From Octopus bimaculoides (taxonomy: Eukaryota), in the NCBI RefSeq assembly GCF_001194135.2, contig NC_068983.1, positions 157,296,720 through 157,360,719 of the forward strand: 64,000 nucleotides of DNA, given 5' to 3'. Shown piece by piece: positions 12,391 to 26,137 of the stretch (positions are counted from its first letter, which is position 1; each line of letters starts with the position of its first letter). The translations under genes were made by a program, and so were the position numbers. The notes below the pieces were generated by a model. The model did not search any database. It saw only the letters and a list, made by a program, of their open reading frames with translations, and was not told the origin of the DNA.

Positions 12391-13980
12391 TAAATATCAA
12401 TTTATTGAATAGCAGTGGTGAATGTTTCAATGATTTTCTTTTCCAACTGATCGATATGTGCTATAATGCTGCCTCTTTGCATATCATTTTCATTTTGAAA
12501 GTTGCAGGCTGTGAAAACAGATGTTACAATAGTTAACACATGTTATCATGAGGTTTGCAGCTTGTTTAAATTAAAAGCAGTATCATGTTGACTATTTTCA
12601 TTTGTTTTAGGCTTTTGTATTTGTTAATTATCATGCTGTTTCTTATAGTAGCGATTGTACCTGTGTGTGTTTATCTTTTATTTGTTTCAGTCTTTGGACT
12701 GTGGCCATGCTGGGGCACCACCTTGAAAGGTTTAANNNNNNNNNNNNNNNNNNNNNNNNNNNNNNNNNNNNNNNNNNNNNNNNNNNNNNNNNNNNNNNNN
12801 NNAAAGCCTGGTACTTATTCTGTTGGTCTTTTTTTTGCTGTACCACTAAGTTACAGGCACATACAACAGGCTTCTTTCAGTTTCCCCTTAAAGTGTTGAT
12901 CAGCTTGGGACTATAGTAGAAGATACTTGCCCAAGGTGCCACAATGGGACTGAACCCAAGACCACATGCTTAGGAAATAGTCTTCTTGCCATGCAACCAT
13001 ACCCATACATATATGTGTATATATAATTTTTACAGAGAAAACTTCAGTTACTTTGAAGTTTTAATTACATAACTTTCATCGGAATGTTACTCCACTGAAA
13101 AGTATTGAACAATCCTTCTGTGTTTCTTTTTACATATAATTATGCATAAAAACAAATTCATGAATACACACACACACAACAGAATTTAGTTCCTGTTCAG
13201 ATTTCTCTTCTGTCCACATGCATTTCAATGCATGTGTGCACACCATTTGAGATATATGCTATATACTTGTAGTGGGAAAGGTGTAGCAAAAGATGTTGAG
13301 GTAGCAGATGAAATAGGTATGTGGACGACGTCAAAGTAAAACAATGGGAAAACATCGGCTTGTAGTTTAAATAATTTATTTAAATGACACTTGCATTTAC
13401 ATGTTGTATACACCAAAAATCTCACTACATGACATTACCAACTTACTTTGAGCTGGCCAAGAAAAAAATTAACAGGGTAAATACTGTTGGTATGATGAGG
13501 TAGAACAAGACATGTTTTGTGTCTGTGTGTGCGTTGGTCATTCAGTGGTGTCTGTTAATGTTCTGCGTCAGCTACTGTGTTGGGTCGTTCATGCTGAATA
13601 TCTGATTCTCTGTTGCTTGCTTAACTGGCGAAGTTACTTGCTGGCCATCTCTCTCTGCCATCCCTTGACAGATTGTTGTATTTATAATGGTCGTGACAGC
13701 TAGGACAGACATACCATAGGAGAAATTCGTACCTATGTAGATCACCTCCTGTCTACTTGAACCTTAAATGACATGGCTGAGGTCGTAGGTTGAAGGGAAA
13801 AATCATCCATCATTTTTTTGACAGGACAAAGTCATTTCTTTCGCACCTGTTTGGCCAGTGGTGGTGCAGACGAGCAAGAATCCTTAGACTCACTTTCGAA
13901 TCTCAGCTTGGAAAAAGGAAGTGTTAGTTTTTACATGCTTATGTACACATAGAACACACACATAAATCAGCATACATCTT

Positions 13981-14016
<36 letters not shown>

Positions 14017-15133
14017 CGCATGAGTGCATTGGAAAGTGCATATTTAGTTCTTTTACTATTTCTGATGTTGAAATATTAGTTAATAACCAAGAACATTTCA
14101 TTAACAAACCTTTTTTCTTTTTAATAATTATCATAAAACTAGGATATCACCTTAACAGTTCAACAACCGAGAGTTATCTTCTCTTGTTTTTCTGATATTT
14201 AAAAAAATTTTTTGTGCACTACCTCATTCGATGCACAAATAGAATAATTTATGGATTGTTTTGTTCCATTTACACATACCACTGTATAACTTGAATGATA
14301 CAATATTCTATTTATATAGATTTTCAAATATTAGTTAATAATCAAAAACATTTCATTAACAAACTAAGTTTTTTTTAATTATCATAACACTGTGATATCA
14401 ACTTCACAATTCAACAACCAGGAGTTATCTTCTCTTGTTTTTTTTGTGCACTAACTCATTCGATGCACAATGGATTGTTTTCTTCCATTTACACATACCA
14501 CTGTGGGACTTGAATGATTTAGGGCAAGACCTCCTTTTGTACCCCCAGCACCACTTTTTTTTCATTCTTTTTTTTTTTTATGTCTTCTACACAAATCCCC
14601 GTTTTCGGCTACGGAGAATACGAATCTGCAAACAAATTGGCAAAAATCGTTTATTGACTCTTGTCGATCAGATGTACCTGACAGGGGCAACTCTGAACGA
14701 AATGACAAAGCTCATATATAAAGCTATAAGCTTCGTCAGTTCGTTCAGAGTTTAGTTGCCAGGTCTTCTCATTCACAGCATCTCTCCAAAGGTCTCGGTC
14801 TCCTGTCATTCTCTCTGTGAAGATCAATGTTCGAAAGTCATGCTTCACCACCTCATCCCATGTCTTCCTGGATCTACCTCTTCCACAGGTTCCTTCCACA
14901 GTTAGGGTTAGCACTTCCTCACACAGCTGTCTTCATTCATACGTAACACATGACTATACTAGCGCAGTCGTCTCTTCTGCACAACACATTTGATGATTCC
15001 AACTTTCTCTCTGTCATGCACGCACACTGACGTTACACATCCGGCTTCGTTTCTTTCAAGCCTACACATTTCTTCAGCAGTTATGGCCCGTGTTTCAATG
15101 CTGTGCAGCATGGCATCATACAGACAACCTTTC

Positions 15134-15168
<35 letters not shown>

Positions 15169-16860
15169 TATATGTATAATGTGTGTGTGTGTNNNNNNNN
15201 NNNNNNNNNNNNNNNNNNNNNNNNNNNNNNNNNNNNNNNNNNNNNNNNNNNNNNNNNNNNNNNNNNNNNNNNNNNNNNNNNNNNNNNNNNNNNNNNNNNN
15301 NNNNNNNNNNNNNNNNNNNNNNNNNNNNNNNNNNNNNNNNNNNNNNNNNNNNNNNNNNNNNNNNNNNNNNNNNNNNNNNNNNNNNNNNNNNNNNNNNNNN
15401 NNNNNNNNNNNNNNNNNNNNNNNNNNNNNNNNNNNNNNNNNNNNNNNNNNNNNNNNNNNNNNNNNNNNNNNNNNNNNNNNNNNNNNNNNNNNNNNNNNNN
15501 NNNNNNNNNNNNNNNNNNNNNNNNNNNNNNNNNNNNNNNNNNNNNNNNNNNNNNNNNNNNNNNNNNNNNNNNNNNNNNNNNNNNNNNNNNNNNNNNNNNN
15601 NNNNNNNNNNNNNNNNNNNNNNNTATATATATGGAGAGGGGGGCAATAAAATTATTTCAATCTATATAAATAGAATATTGCATCACTGATCAAATAATGG
15701 TGGCTTACATAGCTAAATCAATAAAGTTACACAGTAGTATGTGTAAATGGAAGAAAACAATCCATAAATTATATATATGTGTATTGAATAAGGTAGAGTA
15801 CAAAAAAAAATATCAGAAACACAAGGTAACTCTTGGTTGTTGAACTGTTAAGGTGATATCTTAGTTTTATGATAATTTTTTTTAAAATTGGTTTGTTTAA
15901 TGAAATGTTTTTGATTGTAGACTAATATTTCAACATCAGAAATAATAAAAGAACTAAATATGCACTTTCCAACACACTCATGCATATGTGTGTGTGTGTG
16001 TGAGAGAGAGAGATAGATAGAGAGAATGTATGCTGATTTATGAGTGTTTATCTCAAATGGTGTGCACACATATTTGAAGGTGGTAAGTTTGGAAGGAAAT
16101 GAAATCAGTTCACTTGGACACGTGTTGAAATGTATGTGAGCAGAAGAGAAATCTGAACAGGAACTAAATTCTGTTGTGTGTGTGTGTGTATTCATGAAGT
16201 TGATTTTATGTATAATTATATGTAAAAAGAAACACAGAAGGATTGTTCAATACTTTTCAGTGGAGTAACATTCCAATGAAAGTTATGTAATTAAAACTTC
16301 AAAGTAACTGAAGTTTTCTCTGTAAAAATTATATATACACATATATGTATGGGTATGGTTGCATGGCAAGAAGACTATTTCCTAAGCATGTGGTCTTGGG
16401 TTCAGTCCCATTGTGGCACCTTGGGCAAGTATCTTCTACTATAGTCCCAAGCTGATCAACACTTTAAGGGGAAACTGAAAGAAGCCTGTTGTATGTGCCT
16501 GTAACTTAGTGGTACAGCAAAAAAAAAGACCAACAGAATAAGTACCAGGCTTTCAAATAAGTGCTGGGANNNNNNNNNNACACACAGGTACAATCGCTAC
16601 TATAAGAAACAGCATGATAATTAACAAATACAAAAGCCTAAAACAAATGAAAATAGTCAACATGATACTGCTTTTAATTTAAACAAGCTGCAACCCTCAT
16701 GATAACATGTGTTAACTATTGTAACATCTGTTTTCACAGCCTGCAACTTTCAAAATGAAAATGATATGCAAAGAGGCAGCATTATAGCACATATCGATCA
16801 GTTGGAAAAGAAAATCATTGAAACATTCACCACTGCTATTCAATAAATTGATATTTTAGC
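12390..16860. repeat. Large inverted duplication (arms about 12390-14300 and 15690-16860)
   Basis: 12390-12735 matches the reverse complement of 16579-16860; 12803-13255 matches 16040-16560; 14000-14300 matches 15690-15990. A further direct copy lies at 14320-14520. Confidence 0.85.
14740..15130 (-). mobile_element. RTE LINE 3' fragment
   Basis: Homologous to 28430-29200 (KGCLYDAMLHSIET..., GRGRSRKTWDEVVKHD). Confidence 0.8.
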
Positions 16861-17867
16861 ACACACACACACACACACCAAATAAAAATTTTTTTAAATG
16901 TTAAAACGTTTCTCTTAAGCAATTTATATGACCTGGAAACATCAATAAAACTGATGCTAGGAAAACAAAATATGTACCTGGTAACATGAAAAATAAATGA
17001 AAATAAATTTCTGTAAACAGTTTTAAAAATAACTATGTATAAAAGACAAGCTGTCACTCCAAAACTCACTCTCACTTTCTCTCCCATCACCAACACAGTT
17101 TCTACATAGTAAGTAACTATGCATGATATATAATGTATTAAACAAAGAAATTTGTTTAATATTCTTTCTACTTCAATGTACAGCGAAGTACAGTGGGTCA
17201 TTTAAGTGTTTGGGTTTTTGACAAGGAACTATATTGATTATAAGATTATAAATTTCTGATTGACATTAATAGCCTAAAACCCATTTATCCAACCATCTGC
17301 TGTTTTCACATTAGGTAATCATTGAATTTAAGATACTGTGAATGGGGAAAACAAAATGTATGGAACATCATCATGACTGGAATGTCTACAATCAGATTTG
17401 CTCAATCAGGCATAATCTACTGCTGAACAACATCAATATGCAGATAGACTGAGGATCATGAGAAAAATATACTTATGTCATTATTTGAAGGACTGATATG
17501 AAAATCAGAAGGAAAAAAAGGCAATACAGAGAACAACCATTGAATTCATATAATTCATTCAGCATCCAAGATTTCCTGCTGTCATTTTTGACAACTGCAT
17601 ATTGTCATCTTTGGCTAAGGTCAGCTAAAGCTAATTACCTTCGTCATTTTATATTGTTCACTCTTCCATGCTTGCATGAGTCACACAAAATTTACTGAGG
17701 CAGATTTTCTACAGGCGGATGTCTTTCATGTTACCAACACAGACTTATTCCCAAGCAAGGTAATATTTCTACCATGGTCAGACATGTTGCAATATATTGG
17801 AAATTAATGACATTCATTTACAGCATCACATGATGTTAAGACAAGAAGACACAAATATACATCCCAC

Positions 17868-17913
<46 letters not shown>

Positions 17914-20900
17914 ATGGGCTTCTTTCAGTTTCTGTCTACAAAATCCACTCAGATTTTGGTTGGCCAGGGATTATAGTAGAAGACACTTGCCCAAGGTGCC
18001 ATGCAGTGAGACTGAGCTCAAAACCACACGGTTGGAAAGCAAACTTCATAACTACACAGCCACGCTGTGCCTATATGTGAAAATAATATGAGGCTTACAC
18101 CTGGGAGATTGAGTATAAAGCAAAAAATTATCTTAAAACCATTCTTTGAAAGATTCAACACAGAAGTGTAAATACAAATATATATTATTCTATTTTGGAT
18201 AGTATTACTTCAAATCTTACATTCTGTGTCTATATCATGTTTAACCTCATTCAAATATGTCTACTAAATATGATAGGCCAGATATGATTTTAAACCCTTC
18301 AAAATGTGCACATAGAAATGTGTAGTCCTGTCCAATTCCATTGCAAGAAAGTTGTAATTGTTAGCCAAATATTCAAACACACTTTCATTCAGATATATAC
18401 ATACATGATATAATCAAATCATATTTTATAGCTGTTTCAGACAACCAATGACTGGTTGACAAAACCATGCATAAATTGCAAGGAAGTCCGATACTGAATA
18501 AATATCATACGTATACATAAAAGCAATAGAAAAGTAGCAGTTAGTTCAGATTTTGATAGTCCCATGCAGCAAAGTGATATCTTTATACACACATACATAT
18601 ATCTATATATTTATACACAGACACACGTAAATATGTATCTGTATCTACACACACACAGATGCATGGCTGTGGTTGGGCAAGTATCTCCTACTATAGCCTG
18701 GACTGACCAAAACCTAATGAGTGGATTTGGTAGATGGAAACTAAAAGAAGTTTGTTATGAGTGTGTGTTTTCCTTGCCTAGAAATTACTTGAAAGTTGTA
18801 AATAACTGTTACTGTCATACAAGCAGTAGCATTCACTTTCAGTATTCTGCAAGAACACAGGTCATGAAGAAATATTACCTTGCTTGGAAACAAATGAATG
18901 CTGGCAACACGAAGAGCGCCTGACTAAAGAAAACTTGCCTTAAGAAATTTCATTTGACCCATAACAAGCAGGCAAAAGTGGTCATTAAAACAATAGTGGT
19001 GATGATGATTGTGCCTACTTTAATACTATGTTGGTGCCTTTGCAGAAATGGATGTATATAATTCCAGTTGCACAAATTACAAATAAGATGTACACATTCT
19101 TTAACTCAAAGCCCTGTGATTTTTATTTCTTATAGCAAACCATCTAAGCCTGAACGGCAGAATTAGTTGTTTTTATGTTTGTACTTGAAGATATTTTTGT
19201 ATTAAATGGAAGAAAATTCGTATGTTAAATATGTTCCAAAGATACCACAAAGGGAAAATAAAGAAAGAATTGTCACATAATTCAACAATTTAATTCATTC
19301 TGAAACTGATTACACCAAGTGATTATCGAATACAACAGCTTGATAGATTTACACAGCAAAAGATGAATGTTTAAAATAGTTGTGCGAGCATAACAAGTAA
19401 ATATATAAAAATAGCTGTACTTTATAACTTTACATAGTTGCAATGGTAAATATGATGATGAAGACAGCAGTGTAAGAAAACCTTGGTTTCTTCATGTTGA
19501 AAATACAAGAGAAATAAGATTAGAGATCTTATGAAACACTATTGATTTAGAACGCCAGGACAACTGTCTCTATTAGAGAAAAAATGTAGAAAGTTGATAC
19601 TATCAGTTGTTTCACAGGGAGTCACAAGAAATATGTCTCTATTAGCTCTTTAGCATTTAATCTGGCTAGATCCATACTTTCATACTCATCTTACAATGTT
19701 AGACTAAAAAATTTAATTTACAATCATATAATTTAAATCTCAAGGCTACAAGACAATGCAGGATGAATTGAAAACAATGTGACTAAATAAGAAGCATGTA
19801 AGTGAACTGTGTAGGTGGTCTATCACTAGTTGCGCCAAACATTACCAAGCAGAGTAATATTACTAAAACAGGAATTCAGTTCAAGACAGATGGTGAGCGA
19901 TCTATCAAGGCAATCTGCTACGCATTCATTAATAAAAATACTTGCAAGATAAATAATAATTTTATCCAAATATTTTTATAACGCTCTACTCTGTGTTGTG
20001 TTTTCAAACGCATGGATATAGGTGTCGAATTTGTTCCAATAACTTTCGAGTAATAGATAGATAGATAGAGAGAGACACAGACATACAGACATATAGCTCG
20101 CTCCGGCCAGTCATGGTATTAGCTGTCAGTAGCCAAAGAATCGACTCAAACCAGCAACAGGCATGCAGGCAGACAGACAGATANNNNNNNNNNTCGACTC
20201 AAACCAGCAACAGGCATGCAGGCAGACAGACAGATACTTCACTAGCAGTGAGCACTTTCACTTCTGACAGCTAATAGCATGATAGTGCCACGCTCTACAT
20301 TCAATAAAATGTAACGCAATAGTGAAAGCTATTTTTAAAAAATAGTATGAAATACATACAACAAACTAGAATTTTAAAATCTTAGGTGAAAAAACACAGA
20401 AACAGGCCATATTTTAAAATTTTATTCGCATAAATATTCAGAAAACTAACCATGGGTGATCCATGTAGTATGACTAAAAACTATCTAGACATAAAGTTTA
20501 CCAGCCAAGTGCTATTTATGGTAGCTCGTATCCGGCTTAGAACAATTTTTACAGGTTTCCTTTTGCCTTTTAGCAGGCCTTTGATATCTTTTATTCTTAC
20601 TGAAATCAAAAGTACTTATGTTCCTACTGTTGAGGACACGACAACCTCTCTAGCACTGATGCCACGATAAAATGCACCAAATACACTGTAAAGTGATTGA
20701 TATTAGGAAGAGCATCCAGTCGTAGAAACTATGCCAAAATTTAAACTACGATCCAGACGTGCTGTCCCTGGTCGTCCAGACGGATAGTTGTTCCGAATAA
20801 GAACTAATTGGGTGACAGCACATTAAAAAGTAAAAACGATGATTGATTGATTGATGGATGGATGGATGGATCTTATTGGTATATGTCCTCATAAATTGGC

Positions 20901-22808
20901 GATTCGGTAAATGAAACCCACACAATAAGTACTAGTCTCAAAAATAAATATTGGGGTCGTTTTGTTCGTCTAGAGCTTTCAAGACGGTGCCCCTGCATGG
21001 CCGCAGTCGAATGATAGAAACAAGTAAAATATAAAAGATATACACACACATACATGTATGAAAATCTTGGATTGTACAATCCGATTCATCTTTGTTTTTG
21101 CGCATGCAGTACTACTTTACAAAATTTAGTACAATCTATGACACGTAATTAATATTGGACAGGATTAGGATTCGCAGCTAAAGAAAGGGTGGTTACGTCT
21201 GAAGAGCCACAGCTGTGTTGAAATTTGCGCGCATGACTCATGTTTGACACATGCGCAAAACCCAGAATGAATTGTACTGTCTATTTTTTTTGGTTTAGAT
21301 TTTGTTTCAGGACGTCGGCTTCGTGCACATAAAAATTAACCGATACATATGTACAGGTATGCTTGCCTCCCAACCACTTGGTCTCGGGTTTAGTCCTACT
21401 GCGTGGTACCTTGGGCGAGTGAATGTGATAGATGGAAACTGTAAGAAGCACGTCGTATGTGTGTCTTTGTTCAACTAAACCCTTCAAATCGGTGCCCCAG
21501 GTTGGCCAGTCGAAAGACTGAAACAAATATATATGATTCCTACAGAAGAGTCAAGAAATGATCTATTGCGCCAAAAACTGTGATTTCTTCGCATGTGTCT
21601 ATTTTAAGAAACGTAAATAACGATAATGCACACACACAAAAAAAGAAAAAAATANNNNNNNNNNNNNNNNNNNNNNNNNNNNNNNNNNNNNNNNNNNNNN
21701 NNNNNNNNNNNNNNNNNNNNNNNNNNNNNNNNNNNNNNNNNNNNNNNNNNNNNNNNNNNNNNNNNNNNNNNNNNNNNNNNNNNNNNNNNNNNNNNNNNNN
21801 NNNNNNNNNNNNNNNNNNNNNNNNNNNNNNNNNNNNNNNNNNNNNNNNNNNNNNNNNNNNNNNNNNNNNNNNNNNNNNNNNNNNNNNNNNNNNNNNNNNN
21901 NNNNNNNNNNNNNNNNNCAGGGAGAAAAAATTTTTCTGAAAAGCTAAAATTTTGAAACTCCATCAAATAAGTGAATTTGTGAAAATCTGTGAAAATTTTT
22001 CGAAAAAGTCAAAATCGAAAATTTGCGGGAAAGAGAGATGTTTTCCCGACCTGCATTTTTCTATTTAAAGTAATCGTAGCCTACGATATTTATAACACAC
22101 CTCCAAACAACGGTTTTTGGCGCACGAAAGAAGACTGTTGTATAGGTACGCCATATATATATATATTCACACACACACATTTATTTATTAGCTATAAGCT
22201 ATAAAACCTGATCGTGTCGTGCATAGATAGCACTTACTGAACTTGAGGTCATTATAACATACAGGCACACATACATATTACGTACGTGCGTTCACATTTT
22301 CTTGAGATCAGCTGTAATGCGTAGGCAAATGCATCATATAAATTATGATGGACTTATGCGGAACTTAGTTGAGAGAGATGTACACCCATCACAAGACTGC
22401 ACGTGTATTCATACATACATCTACATATATCCACTCATGAAACTTATTCACATTCTTAAGGATCCGTGAAACTGTCTTGAAGTCAACAAAGCCTTGTCAC
22501 TTTGTGGGCAGCTAAATTTTCTGTACAAAACTTTACTGCACATTAAAAAAAGTATATAGATATATACATACACATGCATATACAAACATACAATATTGTA
22601 CCTGCACATCTTATTTGTGCATATGCTGGTACGTGCATATATATATTTGCAAGAATTTATGTGCATACACACACACACACATCGTTTTTTATTGAGATAT
22701 ATTCAAGATCTATACAAAATTGAAACTGATCACGAACAAAAGGTCGTTAAGAATCAATTCAGTTTCAGAGAATCTTGAATGTACACGTCTCAGTTCACGA
22801 ATGGTTAC

Positions 22809-22928
22809 CTTTTATGTCACACTTCTACAAGTTATTCTAAGAAGCTCATAAGCGTCTGAAATGTTTCCTAATTCTTCGGTGTGATATTTAAGGATTAGGG
22901 GATTGCGATTGGGTATCGTTTGTTCTTT
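22809..22928 (-). CDS. Putative exon 2 of the same gene (KEQTIPNRNPLILKYHTEELGNISDAYELLRITCRSVT*)
   Basis: tttgcag acceptor; only the phase-0 frame stays open (38 codons), matching exon 1. TAA is followed after 3 more nt by AAG|GTAACC. Exon length 120 nt. Confidence 0.35.
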
Positions 22929-23205
22929 CTGCAAACGCCAAGCATTTTTAGTTTTTTATGCATATCTGTTGTTACACAGCCCAGTGCACCGTTTACAATA
23001 AGCGCAATGGGAAACTATAAACTAGAATAAAGGAGCTGTTAAGGTTCGCTTTTATTAATCATAATGTAGGTGAAACATTTGCATATGACCTCTACAACGT
23101 ATGCGTGTACCTGTGTATGTGTTTGTGTTGATATGAACATAAATAGATCTCCGGTTTGGTGTCATACACGAAACTCTCGACCAGAGTTGCTTATGTGACA
23201 TTAGA

Positions 23206-23272
<67 letters not shown>

Positions 23273-23545
23273 TACATACATATGAATATGTCGCTATATA
23301 TGGCACAGCTACATAAGTGTGCTCCCCCAACTTTATTTTCTCATAACCCTCAGAAAAAGGGATATCACAATACATACCACACATGGATGTAATATTAAAA
23401 TACCAAGTATGTATTCATATATCCAGTTTGCTCGAGAAGGAAAAGAAAACAGCTTACTAACAGAAAGAAAATGCAAATAGTGCTTTAGCCTTATGCGATT
23501 GCATAATGATACAATGACAATTTGTTTGGCGTAAAATGGTGTTAC

Positions 23546-23818
23546 CTGTGGTCTGCCTAAAACTGGCTTAACATCCTGAAAATCCGTAAAGAACGTTGAT
23601 GCTGTACTGTTATTTGGCGTGTGTCCCTCAAACTGTATAGTAGTCTGATCGAAATGTTGATGAAAAAAGTCATTGCTTTGGCTACCAATGCTGGTATGAT
23701 TCGGTTGACTGTAAATACTGGTTAAATTCATGATCTGAGGTGATTCTTGCTTAATATAAACTGGATCCCTTTTGCTTATATATTGTCGTCCTTTAGTCAG
23801 GGTCGCTCCACGGGGCAT
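23546..23818 (-). CDS. Putative coding exon 1 of an uncharacterised gene (91 codons, MPRGATLTKG...VKPVLGRPQ)
   Basis: ATG in an AAA-ATG context, non-repetitive S/Q/T-rich ORF with an IKQE motif, strong donor CAG|GTAACA in phase 0, and E2F-like sites about 300 bp upstream. No homology recognised. Confidence 0.5.
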
Positions 23819-24112
23819 TTTCAAAGAAATATTTATATATAAATTTAAAAAAAAAACTTCCCGAAGATTTGGGACAAATACTCTCTTTAATTAATTACTT
23901 TTGAATCGTTGTTTAGGAAACTTTTAAATAGTACTATTTAAAAATATATAGTCAAATTAATGGGGATAATAAATAATTTGTTGATTTTAACAATTTCTTA
24001 ACAGTTAAATGGCATTTAGATACAGGATGATTAACGATAGCTTATCACAGTCAATAATGGAACGTAATGGTAGCAAGTAGAATAAAGAGCTGACAACAAA
24101 GATAAATTGAAA

Positions 24113-24135
24113 TGGCGCGAAATCATATTTCCCGC
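24113..24135. promoter_or_regulatory. Paired E2F-like sites
   Basis: TGGCGCGAAA followed 5 nt later by TTTCCCGC; both match the TTTSSCGC consensus in a CpG-poor background. Confidence 0.5.
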
Positions 24136-25528
24136 GATTTGACATCACGTGAACACGCTATGAACCTGGATAAAGTAATATCTATATCCAGCAGAAACAA
24201 TGGGAAATCTTGAGTGTTGTTATGCTTGTTTATATTCGGAAAGTTTACAGACAAAAAGTTTGGGAATTGAAATCGAAATTGCATAAATTTACCAATCAAA
24301 TCGGTCTTTCTTTGTTTTTTTAAAAAAAAATTATCAACAAATAAGTACAGAAATGTCATTTTCGGAATATTGATGAAAGTATTTTATTTCGGATCATATA
24401 ATTTATGAAAATAAGTTTTATTAAATGCATTCAAAACACATTCGATTTTTTCTGAACGTTATTCATTGTCTTTTTATTCCTGAAGTTATACTGTTATTTC
24501 TCATTTTAATGTATGATATGCAATGACAAATTGAACCTAGTCTTTTTTTTTCTGTCGTTACTGTATATTTGACGTTCCCAACAAAGACACGAAATTAACA
24601 GATCAATTTTGTATGTTATTCAAATTCAAGCATCCTAATTCATATTTGCTATGCGTTAATCATTTGGGAGCATTATCCCTAAGTGTTGTATGAGACAACT
24701 GACGCCTCTCGCCCGCCATATCCTTTTCATAATAACAGCAGAAAACTATCATAGCAGAACAGTTACAAACATTTTCGGATATTATATATCATGAAAATAA
24801 CAAATTCAAAGTTATAATTGTTCTAAGAACAACAAAGGACGGAAACAAAAGACTTGTTTAGCCTCAGATCAGCCCTAAAAGATCAAAGAAGTTCCAGTCA
24901 TGACCATCCCATTTTTACAAACTTTTTATAGGATTTATTGAGTTCACCATCCCTTTTTTCTTGTAAACGACGGTAGGGTGGTTTGACTGCTATTTCTAGC
25001 AAGTCAAACGGCTTTGAAAGTCTCCCACGCTAACTTAGGCTGAAATTTTGGAATATCCAAGCAACAACAAAATGTGAATTCGGTTTCTTAAAAATTTACT
25101 TAGCATCGTTGATTACTCAATAATATATACTTATAGTTAACTCCATATGTGTATTTGATGTTGTAACTTTGATGCTATTTATTTTCATTTTTAGCCAAGC
25201 AACTGGGACATAAAATTAAAAAATTAAAAAACCAAGATCACTAAAATTTAGATGTGCGATAAAAATAGTTTTCGCTTTAACTGGAACAATACTAGTCTCG
25301 ACTGATGATTCAACTTATGAAAGAGAATAAAAGTATTGTCGTATATAAAATAACCGGCCCAAAGTCACAAAAGTAACTCAACTGCTCGACGGTAACATTC
25401 TGACCTGCTATATCACTGCCATAACCAATAATATATTGCCTAACAATGTATATATACTTACACACACACATATATATATGGCTCGCACGAGTAAGCACAT
25501 AAGTGCAAAATGATATATATATATATAT

Positions 25529-26137
25529 CAGGTCATCCCATAAGTTCTGTCCGATTTTACCTATTTTGAAATGAAATTTAATAGTATTTTAGCATGTCTA
25601 ATGGAATTTTAAATTATTTTTATGCATTTGTGTACATTTAAACTACTTAAATATTATTTTACAGAATAATAGAATTAAAATTTTTTCGATTAAAATCCTT
25701 TCTAACATGAAAGTATCCAAAGAGCATTTGAGGCACATAATGCTTTATGAGTACAAAAAAGGAAACTGCAGCCGAAGCGACTCGAAACATACACTCAGTT
25801 TATGGGAAAGAATGCTTGAATGAATGTAGAAGATGGTTTGCAAAATTCCAGCCTTGAAGATGAAGATCGAACGGGACATCCAGTTGAGTTTGATGATAAG
25901 CTCCTTGAGGCATTACTTGAAGAAAATCCTGCATCATCTGTTGAAGAATTGGCAATACAGCTGAATTCAAACCATACAAATGTTCATCGTCATCTTCAAC
26001 AACTTGGAATGGTTCCTAAACTTGGAAAATGGGTGCTTCATGAATTATCCGAAAGCAACTGCAAATCCCGAGTTGAATCTGCTCTTCTCTCCATTCTCGC
26101 GAACTCATTTCACCCTTTTTTGGATAGACTTGTGGCT
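25529..26137 (+). mobile_element. mariner transposon remnant (frameshifted transposase N-terminus)
   Basis: TA|CAGGTCATCCCATAAG end; ATG at 25707 (MKVSKEHLRHIMLYEY); then LEDEDRTGHPVEFDD...VHRHLQQLGMVPKLGKWVLHELS, containing a WVPHEL-like motif. Truncated by an N gap. Confidence 0.85.

Noticed and set aside
20150-20235. ~43-bp direct repeat either side of a 10-N gap
   Set aside because: Typical unmerged contig overlap, an assembly artefact.
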